From Octopus vulgaris (lineage: Eukaryota), in assembly GCA_951406725.2 (NCBI GenBank), contig OX597819.1, positions 29,264,001-29,328,000 on the forward strand: a stretch of 64,000 bases of DNA. Direction: 5' to 3'. The translations under genes and the position numbers were made by a program. Position 1 is the stretch's first letter; the number at the start of each line of letters is the position of its first letter. This document shows positions 37,658-50,984 of this stretch, in pieces. The notes under the pieces are model-generated. The model did no database searches and was not told the DNA's origin. It was given only the letters and a program-made list of their open reading frames with translations.

Positions 37658-38825
37658 TGACATCAACTAACTAAAATAATAAGAAAATAAAGAGGGTGCA
37701 TATTGAAGTGGAATTTGTCTTTAAAACTGACCGATGAAAGTTGGTCTTCAGCCATGCAACTAAAAAAATTAAATGATCTTTCCCTGCTACTTTCCCTGTC
37801 AATTTGTCTGTTTCCTTCAATATCTTAAAGTTATATTTGTTAGTTTTAAACACTCAAAGACACAAACATCTGAGAGGAAAGGTTTCTCATACAATACTGT
37901 TATGCTCTTACTGTTACTAGAAATGATTCAAAATATCTAATACAACAAGAACACTTGTGAGTGAAACAATCATAGTTTTATGTCTCTAAAACTGCTTCCT
38001 TCTCTCTCTCTCTCTCTCCTTCTCTGAAGAGAATATAATTTTTTCCTCTTCTCTTCTTGGATACCATCAGAACAAATAACTGACCACCCACTAAGATTAT
38101 ATGACATTCTGCTTTGTTGTAGAATACTCTTTATTCATCTGAATCAAAACTCACTTTATCTTTGTATACCAAATACTTTATGGTCATTTAATTTAAGAGC
38201 CGCACTCTTATCTGCACAAAAGAAACTGTGTATCTTTCAGTTCGCCATAATCACCTGGGCGAGCAGTGTAATGTTACATATGATATGGAATGAATCAAAG
38301 AAAAACCAATTTGCCATTATTAGCCAATAACTTTTAAAGTTTAACGTTTTTCTCATAACCACCTTTCTCTATTGTGTCTGTTCAATTTCTACTAACACTA
38401 CCATATCATGTCAGCTGGAGATTATTCAACTTGATTATAGGTCACAAGTCTGTGAAAGTTGCAATGCTATAATTAAGGCTAATAAAATTTTAGTGAAAAG
38501 ATTCTGCAGAATTATAGTGTTTTAGCTGACACACTGATAGTAAATGGTATGGCAAGGCTATATTACTAATCTGTTGTTGCTAAACAATCTTGGTTGTTGG
38601 TCAGCCACAGTATCATCCTAGTTATTGGTAAGTATGTAAGGTAATTTGCTGGTAAACTTAAATACTGCTAAAGCTCCTTTTTGATTTTTAAACTACTCAT
38701 TGGTATGAATGAAAGAACTCCTCTCTTAATTTTTAGCTGCTGACCCAAGTCCTAATAAAGCATTCCAGTCATCACAATTTTTATATATCATTATGTATGC
38801 TGTCCAAAGTTTCTGGACCAACTTC

Positions 38826-39058
38826 TTAACCCTTCAACATTCAGATTACAACATTCAAATGTAAGTAATGCTTATTTATTTACATTGTTTTAAATTAATC
38901 ACGCATTATCTCATAGCTTCAAGATTTCGATGATGTGATTGTTTATTTTTAGAATGACATTGTAGGATAGGTGTGAGAGACTAGATCTAGTCAGTTTGAA
39001 CATAAAACAGGTAGAAAATTCAGGTCAGCTACGAGCAGTTTAAATGCTAAAGAGTTAA
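38826..39058. mobile_element. MITE family F, complete
   Basis: TTAA-cccttcaacatt...aatgctaaagag-TTAA. Confidence 0.85.
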
Positions 39059-40074
39059 GACATTAAAATGGGATTTGAAAGATATTTTGCTTCTATTTTT
39101 ACCAGGTTGAGCACTATTGTTAAAGCTCTCTCAGATTGACAACTCCAACTTAAAACTGTAGATGTCAATATGTGTCTACTACCTACCACTCTTCTGGAGT
39201 AGCAAAGCAAATGGAAAGGTCATGGCTAAGTACAGAGAATTATCTACAAAACCTAATTCTGATCATATTAGTGTTCATACATCTGAGTTAGTACTACTGT
39301 TATTCATACAACATCCAGCATTATGTCTATTCATTCATCCAAGTACTTCAACTACAAAACCACAGACACTCTTTGTTCTCTCTCCCTTACATTGCTACTA
39401 AAATGGATTCTGCTCTACTGAACTCACTAACTACATAACACTCTTTCCCACACGTCCCAATAAATCTCCTCAGATTGTTTTTTTTTTTCTTTCTTGTTCT
39501 GCTGTTTTTCATTCACAGACTTGCAGCCCTTCGAAAATCCATTCTCTCCTATGGTTAAAAATGGGTATCAACCTAAAAAAATAGAATCTGAACATCAATT
39601 ATAAAAAAATTAATCAATCTACTGGGTCTACTAAAAAAACTGTAGTAAGGCCAAGTCTCAGGAGAATTTCTTTTCTGTCTACCATTAATCATTAGTAGTA
39701 ACTCATATCTGTGGCTTCAAGAAGTTGTACTATGTATAACAACCACATCTCAGCAAACTATTTAACAAGTGAACTAAAAACCAAATAAGGGTACTTATTG
39801 GGACCAACATCCTTGGTTAGTCAGGGCACTGAATGAATAAAAACAACAGTGGTTTCAACAGTTACAACAAACATTGAAGAATGTTAAGAGCATAATCACA
39901 CTCCACAGATCCTCCTTCCAACCATATTGATCTATGGTTGGAAAATATACATATTTATATATCACAGTCAACATATTATTGACAGACAAAAAACAGAGGA
40001 TTATTCAATGCCCAAGACGACAAAAATAATTCAAAACGAATCTAAACAGTGTTCATTATAAATTAACACAATTA

Positions 40075-40312
40075 CAGTAGTAAGCTGACAGAAATGTTAG
40101 CGTGCTGGGCAAAATGCTTGGCAGTATTTCTTTCAACTCTACATTCCAAGTTCAAATTCTGCCATGGTCTACTTTGCCTTTCATTCTTTTTTTTTTTTTT
40201 GAGGGGGGGGGGTTATAAAAAAAGGACCAGTTGAGCACTAGGGTCAATGTAATCAACTAGTCCTCCTTCAGCCAGAAATTCTAGGCTTTCTGTCTATGGT
40301 AGAAAGGATTAT
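40075..40312 (+). mobile_element. SINE family B, old
   Basis: agctgacagaaatgttagc...agttcaaattctgcc...ctttgcctttcatt. Confidence 0.75.
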
Positions 40313-40407
40313 TAATCAACACACTGGAAGGTTGATGTATAGCAAGTCTTCAACCTCTACCATTGCTATGATATTCAAAGATGATATTCTATTAGCCTTT
40401 TCTTTTT

Positions 40408-40633
40408 ATATTTTTTTACTTGTTTCAGTCATTTGACTGTGGCCATGCTGAAGCACTGCCTTTAGTCGAGCAAATCCACTCCAGGGCTTATTCTTTGTAA
40501 GCCGAGTACTTATTTTATCGGTGTCTCTTGCCGAACCGCTAAGTGACGGGGACGTAAACACATTAGCATCGGTTGTCAAGTGATGTTGGGGGGACAAACA
40601 CAGACACACAAACATATACATATATACATACAG

Positions 40634-40664
<31 letters not shown>

Positions 40665-40958
40665 TACATACAGATATATATATATATTTATATGTTTGTA
40701 TGTGTGTATATATATATATATAAATAAATATATGTATGTATATATATATATATAAATAAGTAAATATATATGTGTAGATATATATATATATATATGTATG
40801 ATGGGCTTCTTCCAGTTTCAGCCTACCAAATCCACTCACAAGGCTTTGGTCGGCCTGAGGCTATAGAAGACACTTGCCCAAGGTGACACACGGTGGGACT
40901 GAACCCAGAACCATGCGGTTGGTACGCAAGCTACTTACCACACAACCACTCCTGTGCC
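40408..40958 (-). mobile_element. SINE family A with expanded internal (TA)-rich microsatellite
   Basis: Intact tail and head around about 190 nt of microsatellite. Confidence 0.9.
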
Positions 40959-41180
40959 TATATATATATTTTTTTTAACCACAGCCATTTTATCGACAAT
41001 GTGGAGTGACTGAAGATGACGTAAAGTATATATTTCAAACTATGAATTAAGTTTAATGTAGTATGTGAAATCAAATATTATATTATTAAAATTCTAGAGA
41101 CTATAAAACTGAGACAACTTATAGTTAATTAGGACACTGGAGTAAACATTAATGGCAATAAAGTACTATATTGGATATAC

Positions 41181-41214
<34 letters not shown>

Positions 41215-41465
41215 GAATTACAACCACACTCACACGCACACACATATACATGTATATATGTGTGTGTGTGTGTGTGTTTGTATATGCACACTAGCTTTGT
41301 ATTTATACAGACATATTCATTTATATGCAGGTTTGCGTCTTTCAGATTTGTCAAAGAAGTGCACCAATATATCTGCAGGCCAATGAATAAAAACATGGAA
41401 AAAAAAGATATAGAAAGCATATACAACCAACACATATATAACTACACACCAATGAATGCATTTAG

Positions 41466-41524
<59 letters not shown>

Positions 41525-41527
<3 letters not shown>

Positions 41528-41712
41528 GAGTAAACACATAAATGTGAAACGAGGTGGAAAATAAAAGTACTCAAATACCAGTGGTAGAGTAATATGCTTC
41601 ATTTAAAGCAGCAGAAAATTCAACAAAACCTGTTACTCTGAGTTTCCCGTTGAACGGCAACGGGAAACTCAGAGTAACAGGTTTTGTTGAATTTTCTGCT
41701 GCTTTAAATAAA

Positions 41713-41718
<6 letters not shown>
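41525..41718. mobile_element. Foldback element 4 in (TA)n
   Basis: Perfect 52-bp arms 41601-41652 and 41658-41709, loop aacgg, unpaired left extension to 41525. The centre carries the 3' half of a hammerhead. Confidence 0.75.
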
Positions 41719-41769
<51 letters not shown>

Positions 41770-41772
<3 letters not shown>

Positions 41773-41930
41773 CAGGCTTCTTTCAGTTTCTGTTTACCAA
41801 ATCCACTCACAAGGCTTTGGTCAGCATGAGGGTATAGTAGAAGACATACCCAAAGTGCCATGCAATGGGACTGAACCTGGAACTATGTGGTTGGGAAGCA
41901 AGCTTCTTACCACACAACTACACCTGCACT
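41770..41930 (-). mobile_element. SINE family A head
   Basis: gacaggcttctttcagtttc...ggttgggaagcaagcttcttaccacac. Confidence 0.8.
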
Positions 41931-42004
41931 ATAGTGCATGTGTCTATTTGGTAAATAAAAAAGACCACTCAAGTAACTAAAGAGGAATGTAAGACGGCTT
42001 GCCT

Positions 42005-43163
42005 CTAGAAGCTCCTCTAAGCTGATGACCTTGTCCTTATAACTGAATCATTATCAGAACTAGAGAAAAAATTTTAGGTGTAGAAGCAAGGTCTAGAATT
42101 GAAGGGACTTAGAGTTAACTTAGAAAAAAAACCAAAGTCTTAGTAAGTAGGAAAGTAGACAAATCACAAATGCTTTCAGGTAGATGGCCCTGCTTGATTT
42201 CTAGGTAGAAATTCTATAAGATGTACCTAGTGGAAGGTATGGACACATAAGTGGAGCAGCAATACCAGAGTTGGGTTGACTGGGAAAATAGTTTTTTGTG
42301 TGCAGAAGGTGCACAGGTACAGTAAACATTATAAATGTACAGAAAATAGACTTCATCAAATACTAGAGGTAGTTGGTAGCTTCTGTTATCTAAGTGACCA
42401 AATCAGGAGTGGAGGTGGATGCTACGAGAGCATAGCTGTGAGGATAAAAATAAGCTGGACAAGGTTCAGAGAGCTCCTATCTCTATTGGCAACAAAGGTC
42501 CTCTCCCTCAGAGTGAAAGGCAGACTGTGTGATGCCTGTGTGTGAACAGCCATGCTACATGGCAGTGAAACATGGGCTATGACCACTGGACATGTGTAGG
42601 CTTGAAAGAAATGAAGCTGGCAAAGAAATGTGCAATGTCAGTGTGCATGTATGACAGAGTGTGAGTGCCTTGAAAGAAAAGTTGGGCATAAGAGGCAACA
42701 GATGTGGTGTGCAAAAGAGACGACCATGCTGGTATATTCATGTGATGCGTATGGATGAGGACAGTTGTGTAACGAAGTACTGATCTCTAACTGTGGAGTG
42801 AACCTGTGGAAGAGGCAGATCCAGAAGACATGGGACAAGGTGGTGAAGTATGATCTTTGAACATTGGGTCTCATGGAGGCAATGACTTGTGACTCAGATC
42901 TTTGGCAATATGCTGTACTTGAGAAGATAGGTCAAGCCAAGTGAAATCATAGTCATGGCTGGTGGCACATAAAAAGCACCTTTCAAGCATTGGTGGCATG
43001 TAAAAGCACCTATTATACTCTCAGAGTGGTTGGCATTAAAAGGGCATCAAATCATAGAAACCATGCCAAATCAGTCTGGAGTCTGGTGCAGCCCCTCAAC
43101 CGTTCAACCTATGCCAGCATGGACAATGAACGTTAAATGATGATGATAAAGATGATAATGATG
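42005..43163 (+). pseudogene. Decayed RTE-X-clade LINE 3' half (reverse transcriptase C-terminus, 3' UTR, (GAT)n tail)
   Basis: ELL*ADDLVL (YADD motif, about 42008-42037), KGLRVN..KTKVL, LEVVGSFCYLSD..RIKISWTRFRELL..LSLRVKGRL.DACV..MLHGSETW, RQIQKTWDKVVK. Stops and frameshifts present. Confidence 0.85.
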
Positions 43164-43773
43164 ATATATGTATATACACATGTGTGTGTGTGTGTGTGTT
43201 TGTGTGTGTGAGGGGATAAAATCTTCTTTGTGGTTGGATTTAAAATTAGCATTTCTGTATACACACACACAAACTCATATACTTACACACACACATGCAT
43301 ATGCACATGTACAATATATGCATATGCTCCTGCAGACAGTTATTGATAATTATGAATAATCAGTCATTGTTATGGAAATGAAACTTAAGATTGCAGGTGA
43401 CTTTAAAAAGTTGCACTAAAGGGTGTCTGTATGTGTGTGTGTGTATGAACTTATATGTACATGTGTATATGTCCATATATGTGTATGGCCATACATATAT
43501 ATATGTGTGCACATGTGTGTGTGTATGTATATGCACACATAAAGCAGAACTGCATTAGCACCAGTACTAACTAAAACAGCAATAACAGTTCAGTATATTA
43601 GTTTTCTAATATATCTCATCTAACTCTCAATGTTCTTAATTACATATTTCAGTGGGGAAAACATTTTTTTTTCCAATCACAATTGCTATGCACCAGAAAC
43701 TTTCTGATTCTGTTTTGTCTGCTGTGAATGATCAACTAAAAGAACATCAAACTGAGAAATAATAATAATAATA

Positions 43774-43805
<32 letters not shown>

Positions 43806-43815
43806 GGTAATAATA

Positions 43816-43848
<33 letters not shown>

Positions 43849-44377
43849 ACAAAGCTAAACACAATTTATCTTTAACAATGAGTCTAACCCATTGTGTATC
43901 AATAATAGAAATGATATTTTGCAGATTTTTTTTTTTTAAATAAGTGAATTCAGAACAGGAAATTTCTCAATATTACAAGCCAATAACTGTAGCCATGTTC
44001 AATGGAGCCAATAATAAGAGAGAGAAAGAGGGAGAGAGGGAGAGAGAGAGAGAGAAAGAGAGAGGATGAAAGAAGGATATAATTGATTTGTTGAAAAACC
44101 TCTTGAATGATTAGTTTTAGTTTTTAGAATTAGCATTTCTGCAGAATCACTAACATATCGAGAGAACTCCTTTGGTGTGATTAGAGCTCCAATCCTAGAA
44201 ATTTGATACTCAGTTGAATATTATAGACATCACACGATGCTTAATGAAAAAATAGTGTTTTTTACAAATTTGCATGAACAGTGAGACAGGAAAACAGAAA
44301 ACATTTACTGCATGGTGGTTACTATTATCATTATTATAATTATTATTATTATTATCATTATTATTATTATTATCATT

Positions 44378-45092
44378 AGGGCGGTGAGCTGGTACAATTG
44401 TTGGCATGCTTAGTGGCATTTCATCTGCCTTCATGATATGAGTTCAAATTCCACCAAGGTCGACTTTGCCTGTCATCCTTTCGGGGTCGATTAAATAAGT
44501 ACCAGTTACACACCGGGGGTCGATGTAATTGACTTAATCCCTTCTCCAAATGTGAGGCCTTGTGCTTCCAGTAGAAAAAACTATTATTGTTGTTGTTGTT
44601 ATTATTATTATCATTATTGCTATTATTATTATTATTATTATTATTATTATCATTATTAGGGTGGCGAGCTGGCAGAATCACTGGTACACCGGGCAAAATG
44701 CTTAGTGACATTTCATCTGCCTTTACAATCTGAGATCAAATTTCACCAAGGTTGACTTTGCCTTTCATCCTTTTTTGAAACACTGGGGTTGATGTAATTG
44801 ACTAGTCCTCTCCCTCAAAATTTTAGGCCTTGTGCCTTTAGTAGAAAGAATTGCTATTATTATTACTATTATTAAAGCTGTGAGCTAGCAGATTCATCAG
44901 CACACTGGAAGAAAATCCTTAGCAGCATTTTGTTTGGATTTATGTTCTGAGTTCTTATTCTGGGGAAGTTGACTTTGTGTTTCATCCCTTTGGAGTCAAT
45001 AAAATAAGTACCAGTCAATTACTGGAGATGATGTAATCAACAAGCCCCTTCTCCCAAAATTCCAGGCCTTGTGCCTACTGTAGAACAAATTA

Positions 45093-45123
<31 letters not shown>

Positions 45124-46082
45124 AAATGTCACACAGTATACAATATTGTGAGGCTGTTGATTGAAGATAAAGCATCTACCAGGGGTTTGTACTGTTTGTC
45201 AAGCCACAACAAGGACCTCAGACAGACAGTACCAAGTAATACTGACTTTTGCAATGCATCTAGATTGTAGGGTATTTCTAAGGTCTTCAGATGTTTTTTT
45301 GTTTTTTTTTCAGATTGGGTGGTATTGAACCCAATGCTCCAATGACAATAGAGAACTTTTATGTTTGACTCTCATAGCTGCACATCTTAGCAATCTTAAT
45401 TCTTCTTCTTCTTCTTATTATTATTATTATTTAAGATGTCCAGCTGGTGGTATTGTTAGCACTGTGGAAAATACACTTAGCAGCATTTCTTCCTTCTTTA
45501 TCTCAGGGTTCAAATTTACAAAGGTCAACTTTGCCTTTTCTCCTTTCAGGGTCAATAAAAAAGAACCAGTCAAGTGCTGGGGTCAATACAATTGACTAAA
45601 CCCCCTCCCCCATTGTTCAGGTCCTATTATTAGAAACTTTCAGGTGGTGAGCTGGCAGAATCATTAACATAACAGACAAATGCTTAGCAGTATTTCATTC
45701 ATTTTTATGTTCTGAGGTCAAATTCTACTAAGGTCAACTTTGCCTTTCATACTTTCAGGGTCAATGAAATTAGTACCAGTTGAACATTGGGTTTGATGTA
45801 ATCAATAAATCCCCTCCTGCCAAATGCCTATAGTAGAAAGGCTCATTATTATTACTGTTATTATTAAGGTGGCGAGCTGGGAGAATCGTTAGCACACCAG
45901 GGAAACCGCTTAGCAGCATTTCGTCTGTTATTATGTTCTGAGTTCAAATTCTGCTGAGGTTGATGTTGTCTTTCATCTTTTCAGGGTCAATGAAATGAGT
46001 ATCAGTTACACACTGGGGTTGATGTAATCAGCTGCTCTCCTCCCCCAAGATTTTAGGCCTTGTGCCTATAGTAGAAAGGAGG

Positions 46083-46121
<39 letters not shown>

Positions 46122-46352
46122 ATTATTATTATTATTCAAGGCAATAAGCTGGCAGAATTGTTAGCATGCTGGGCAAAACACTTTGCAGCATTTCGTCCAT
46201 CTTTACGTTCTGAGTTCAAATTCTGCTGAGGTTGACTTTGCCTTTCAGCTTTTCATGGTCAACAATATCGGTACCAGTTGAGGTCTAAGGTCAATGTAAT
46301 TGACTTACCCCTTCCCCTGAAATTGCTGGCCTTGAGTGAAAATTTGAAACCA
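44378..46352 (+). mobile_element. Head-to-tail cluster of about 7 family B SINEs separated by (ATT)n
   Basis: Units start near 44378, 44658, 44876, 45433, 45642, 45867 and 46138, most with gagct(g/a)gcaga...gttcaaatt...tttcatcc...tagtagaaagga. Confidence 0.9.
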
Positions 46353-46851
46353 TTATTGTTGTTGTTTTGAATGGAGAGGAAAAATGCTTAGATTTTGATT
46401 TGCATCTGCAAACTAAGGAGTCTGGTCTTATTTTGAATTACTCTGAGTGGTGCAGTGGAGCAGCAAATAGTTTGTTTATAAGAAAATGTGAGCAATCACC
46501 TATTATGTGTAACAATTAATTTGTTATACATTTAATTGCTGATTATTCAATCAAGTATACCTGTCAGCAATTAACTGAATGGTTTAATTTTAGACATTTT
46601 TATAGCAAATTTATGTTACAGCTAAAACTTTAGACAATAAAACATGAAGAATAACAACAAAAAGACAGCGGTATTCTCACACACACACACACTACATATT
46701 TCACCTGCACCATACACCCACTACATATTTCACACAACATTAGATATCAAACATACTGGCACATTAAATATCACATAATCACATTCTGAAATGTTGTGCA
46801 TCACACTCACACACCAATATACAACATGTCTCATACACACTAATATATTAT

Positions 46852-46901
<50 letters not shown>

Positions 46902-47489
46902 GAGGTATATCAGATATTTCACATCCTCACACAGTTATATGATATATCACTTTCTCTCTCTCTCACCCACATACATTACATATGCCACATTCACACAGAT
47001 ATATTACATATTTCACATCCACAGATATAATACACATATATCATATTCATAGAATACACATATATCATATTCATATGTACAGATATATAACATATAGCTC
47101 AGGCAAATATATTACATACACATATAGAGCTTATGTTGCAACAAGTACATGGGAACTGGTAGAAACAAAGCCAGTATCAGAGAAAAATCCAAGTAGGGTG
47201 GTAGTGACAGTGGAGAGAATAAATAACCTTTGACTAAACACAGAAAATGTATATTTGTGAATATTTAACTGGATTACTAAACAAATGTTTCTCAATTATG
47301 CATGCTTAAGGCAATGAAGTTTCTCTACAAGACCAGGAAAAAACAATAAGGAAGTTTAGTTTAGTTTTATTACTGAAACGGTAGATAGAGTAAAAAACTG
47401 TCAAGATATGTTTCAATGAGAGCATGTTTCTGTTCATATTAACGGCATATGAGTATAGAACCTTATACAGTAGGAGTATAGAATCTTAT

Positions 47490-47652
47490 AGGTGTAGGAG
47501 TGGCTGTGTGGTAAGTAGCTTGCTTACCAACTACAAGCTTCCGGGTTCAGTCCTACTGCATGGCACCTTGGGCAAGTATCTTCTACTATAACCTCAGGCC
47601 AACCAAAGCCTTGTGAGTGGATTTGGTAGACGGAAACTGAAGGAAGCCCATA

Positions 47653-47731
<79 letters not shown>

Positions 47732-47918
47732 TGTCCTCCCAACATCACTTGACAACCGATGCTGGTGTGTTTACGTACCCGTAACTTAGCAGTTCGGTAA
47801 AAGAGTCTGATAGAATAAGTACTAGGCTTACAGAGAATAAGTCCCGGGGTCGATTTCCTCGACTAGAGGCGGTGCTCCAGCATGACCACAGTCAAATAAC
47901 AGAAACCAATAAAAGAGT
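47490..47918 (+). mobile_element. SINE family A
   Basis: Colinear with 28093-28490. Confidence 0.9.
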
Positions 47919-48619
47919 AAACAAGTTAACATACACAAAAAAAAAAGGAATGGTATATGACGCTATATTTTTTAAATTTATTTTTGTGATGATTTCAACC
48001 TGTGCGTTCACAATATCGATGATATGGAATAACAGAAGATAAAAAAAAGACACCTTATCCTTGTCAGACCAACCTCACAAGTTATAGAGTAAGGTCAAAA
48101 TAAGTATCTTTATCTGATAACAAAACAGGAGAAAAATAAAGAATTAACTAAAAACAGCATGAATATTTATAACCTGTCTATCAATCTCAATTTACAAGTA
48201 ACGGAAACATTACCTACAATGAAGATTTTTTTTTTTTGTTTTTTAGCATAAAAAATTATAAACAATGAATAAGATATTAAAACATAAAAAAAAAAAGACA
48301 AACACTAAGGCAATCAGAGCGCTCAGCATACAATAAATCAATTGTCCATAATATGGTGTTGTGCTAACAGTGTTAATACCAATATTTGAGATTATTTGAT
48401 GCCAGATGGGAACTGTACTTGAGATTATGAAACTTAGAAATAACTAACAGCCAAAGAGAACATTGAAAAAAAAAAATCAGATACAAATCAATTCTATATT
48501 CAATGGAAACAAAATAAGAATTGGCATTACATCTACATAAACAGTGTTTCATGTTATATAGTGATGTATAGTACCTTAGATCACACATTATATAGCATCC
48601 CCGCCGCCCGAATCAAATA

Positions 48620-49022
48620 TTATATAGCACCTTGGATATATCATGTAGCACCTAGGACAACATGTCATACAGCACCTTGGACATGTCAAATAGCACCTAG
48701 GACATGTCATATAGCATCTAGGACATGTCATATAGCACCTAGGACATGTCATATAGCACCTAGGACATGTCATATAGCACCTTGAACAATATGCCACGTA
48801 GCACCTTGAACAACATGTCACATAGCACCTTACAAAGCATGACATATAGCACCTTATAAAACATATATAGCATTTTGGACAACATGTCATGTAGTACCTT
48901 GGACAACATGTCACATGGCACTCTGGACATGTCATATAGCATCCTATATGTGTTAAATAGCACTCTAGACAGCATGTTATATAGCAACTTGGGCAGCATG
49001 TTATGTAGCACCCAAGGAAGCA
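48620..49022. repeat. 21/24-bp minisatellite (tagcacctaggac[aac]atgtcata), about 17 units
   Basis: Direct tandem repeats with a homogeneous core at 48680-48780; produces the spurious RTCHIAP ORF. Confidence 0.9.
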
Positions 49023-50984
49023 TATTATGAGGCATTATGCACACCAACCATCCAAAGTGTGAAATCAGAAGTTATGGTAAATATTTATCAGAAGGTGATA
49101 ACTGCACATCCACAATAATTGGACAGCTTTATCCTAATAATTTTGATACCAACCCACCTGGAACCATCTCTGGTTCTCTGATACAAAGTTGCCCATTTTG
49201 AAGTAGTGCTCATATTTAAATTCTATCATAATTTTATGCCATAAGTTTTGTTAGTGAATTTGGGTACATGGAAGCTGTATAGAAGCTCATTAGATGCATT
49301 GTATCTGAAATTCAAAATCCAGCCTGGTAACATATATGTCATGCTGATTCTAGCTGAGAATTATGTTAAGGGTAAATGTGTTTGGAATACTCAACCACAT
49401 TTATACTAATTCAATAAGCAGGTTATCCAGTCAATCAAAAGAACTGGCCCTTCCATTTGTTATTATATGAATGCCCTTCATATGTTATATGACATCAGAC
49501 TCCATCATCAAATAATAGTCAAATATTCTTATCTTAAATGATGGATATACAAAAAATGGAAAGGTCATGGCTGGAAAGGTTCAATCACAAGTTCTCTTGA
49601 CTAAAGCAAACATAGGGCTAAACAATATACGCATGTATGTGAGTACATGTGTACACATAGCTATGCACAAACATATATACACACACACACATGCATAACA
49701 CAGTAGTTGTACTTTGTACTATTATCATAAAGACAGGGTGAACTCAATGATTGTAGAGTAAGCATTTACTGTGGGAGACGAATGATTCAATGCCTTACAG
49801 CAGCTAATGGTTCCATCCTCGGCAAAAATCTTTGTACTGATATATTTGTCTGAGACTGGATTTCTGAAGCATTGAGAAATTTGAAAACAAGTCATTTTAC
49901 AAAGCTAGTCAAATGGAAAAGCAGCTCTAAATAATTATCTCTGCTATAGGCATAAGGTTTGAAATATTAAAGGAGAGGGCTAGTCAATTACACAACTAGT
50001 GCTTATTTAGTCGACCCTGATAAGATGAAAGACAAAGTCAACCTCAGTGGAAATTGAACTCATATGCAAAGACGGATGAAATACTGCTAAGCATTTTGTC
50101 CAGCGAACTAACAATACAGCCAACTTGTTACCTTAAATGTAGCTATAAACAATAGCTCATAGTATATACTATATAAAAACCATTTGACAGAAAAAGAAGC
50201 AGGAAAAGTTACCGTATGGAATCGAAGCTGGCATCCACTGAAGAGAGAGAGAGAAAGAGAGAAAGACAGACAGAAAGAAAGAGAGAGAGAGAGGGAGACA
50301 AACAGAAAGAGAGAGAGGGAGAGACAGACAGAAAGAAAGAGAGACTTGTCATTCCCTCCTACCACACACAGGAAATTTCAGTAAAGTGTAAAGTATGGAA
50401 ACTAGGGAAAATATATTCTATTTTAAAAGTTGTGTTCAATAAATAATATCAATTTAATTACATAATTACTAATTGGAAATATTCAAGTGAATTAATACAA
50501 TACATTTTTAAATACATATAAATATATATTCATTTAGTCAATATATAAGATAAACTAAAATTTTTTCAGCAACCGAGTCTGCATTTCTTTATTGTAGACT
50601 ATTATATTGTGGCTTGTATACAAATTCCTTTTCCATAATAAACATGTACAAAGGATGAAATTCAATATATAATGATAAAATAACAAGCTAATTATTAATT
50701 AGTACACTTTACACTCATTCAAAATGCAACAGCTGAGCCTTGTAGAGTTTAATTCTACACAGAACTTTTTAAGGAAATTAAGTGTTTATGAATGTAAACT
50801 TGTTAGATAATTAAATAAGAGTAAGTAAATAATTGGATTGAAACTATATCTCATGTTTACAAATTACAAATAACTCCCACTAATAGTGTATTGCTCCCAT
50901 ATCTAAAAAAAAAAAACATTTCTAGAGCTTGTAAGCATTTTACACCACATTCATAGGAAAGCCAACCACTTATAAATTATGAAT

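Noticed and set aside
41005-41040. ctgaagatgacgtaaag as a hammerhead start
   Set aside because: No downstream GAAA or pairing stems.
42020-42035. CTGATGA hammerhead box
   Set aside because: It is the ADD codons of the RT YADD motif, with no matching GAAA or stems.
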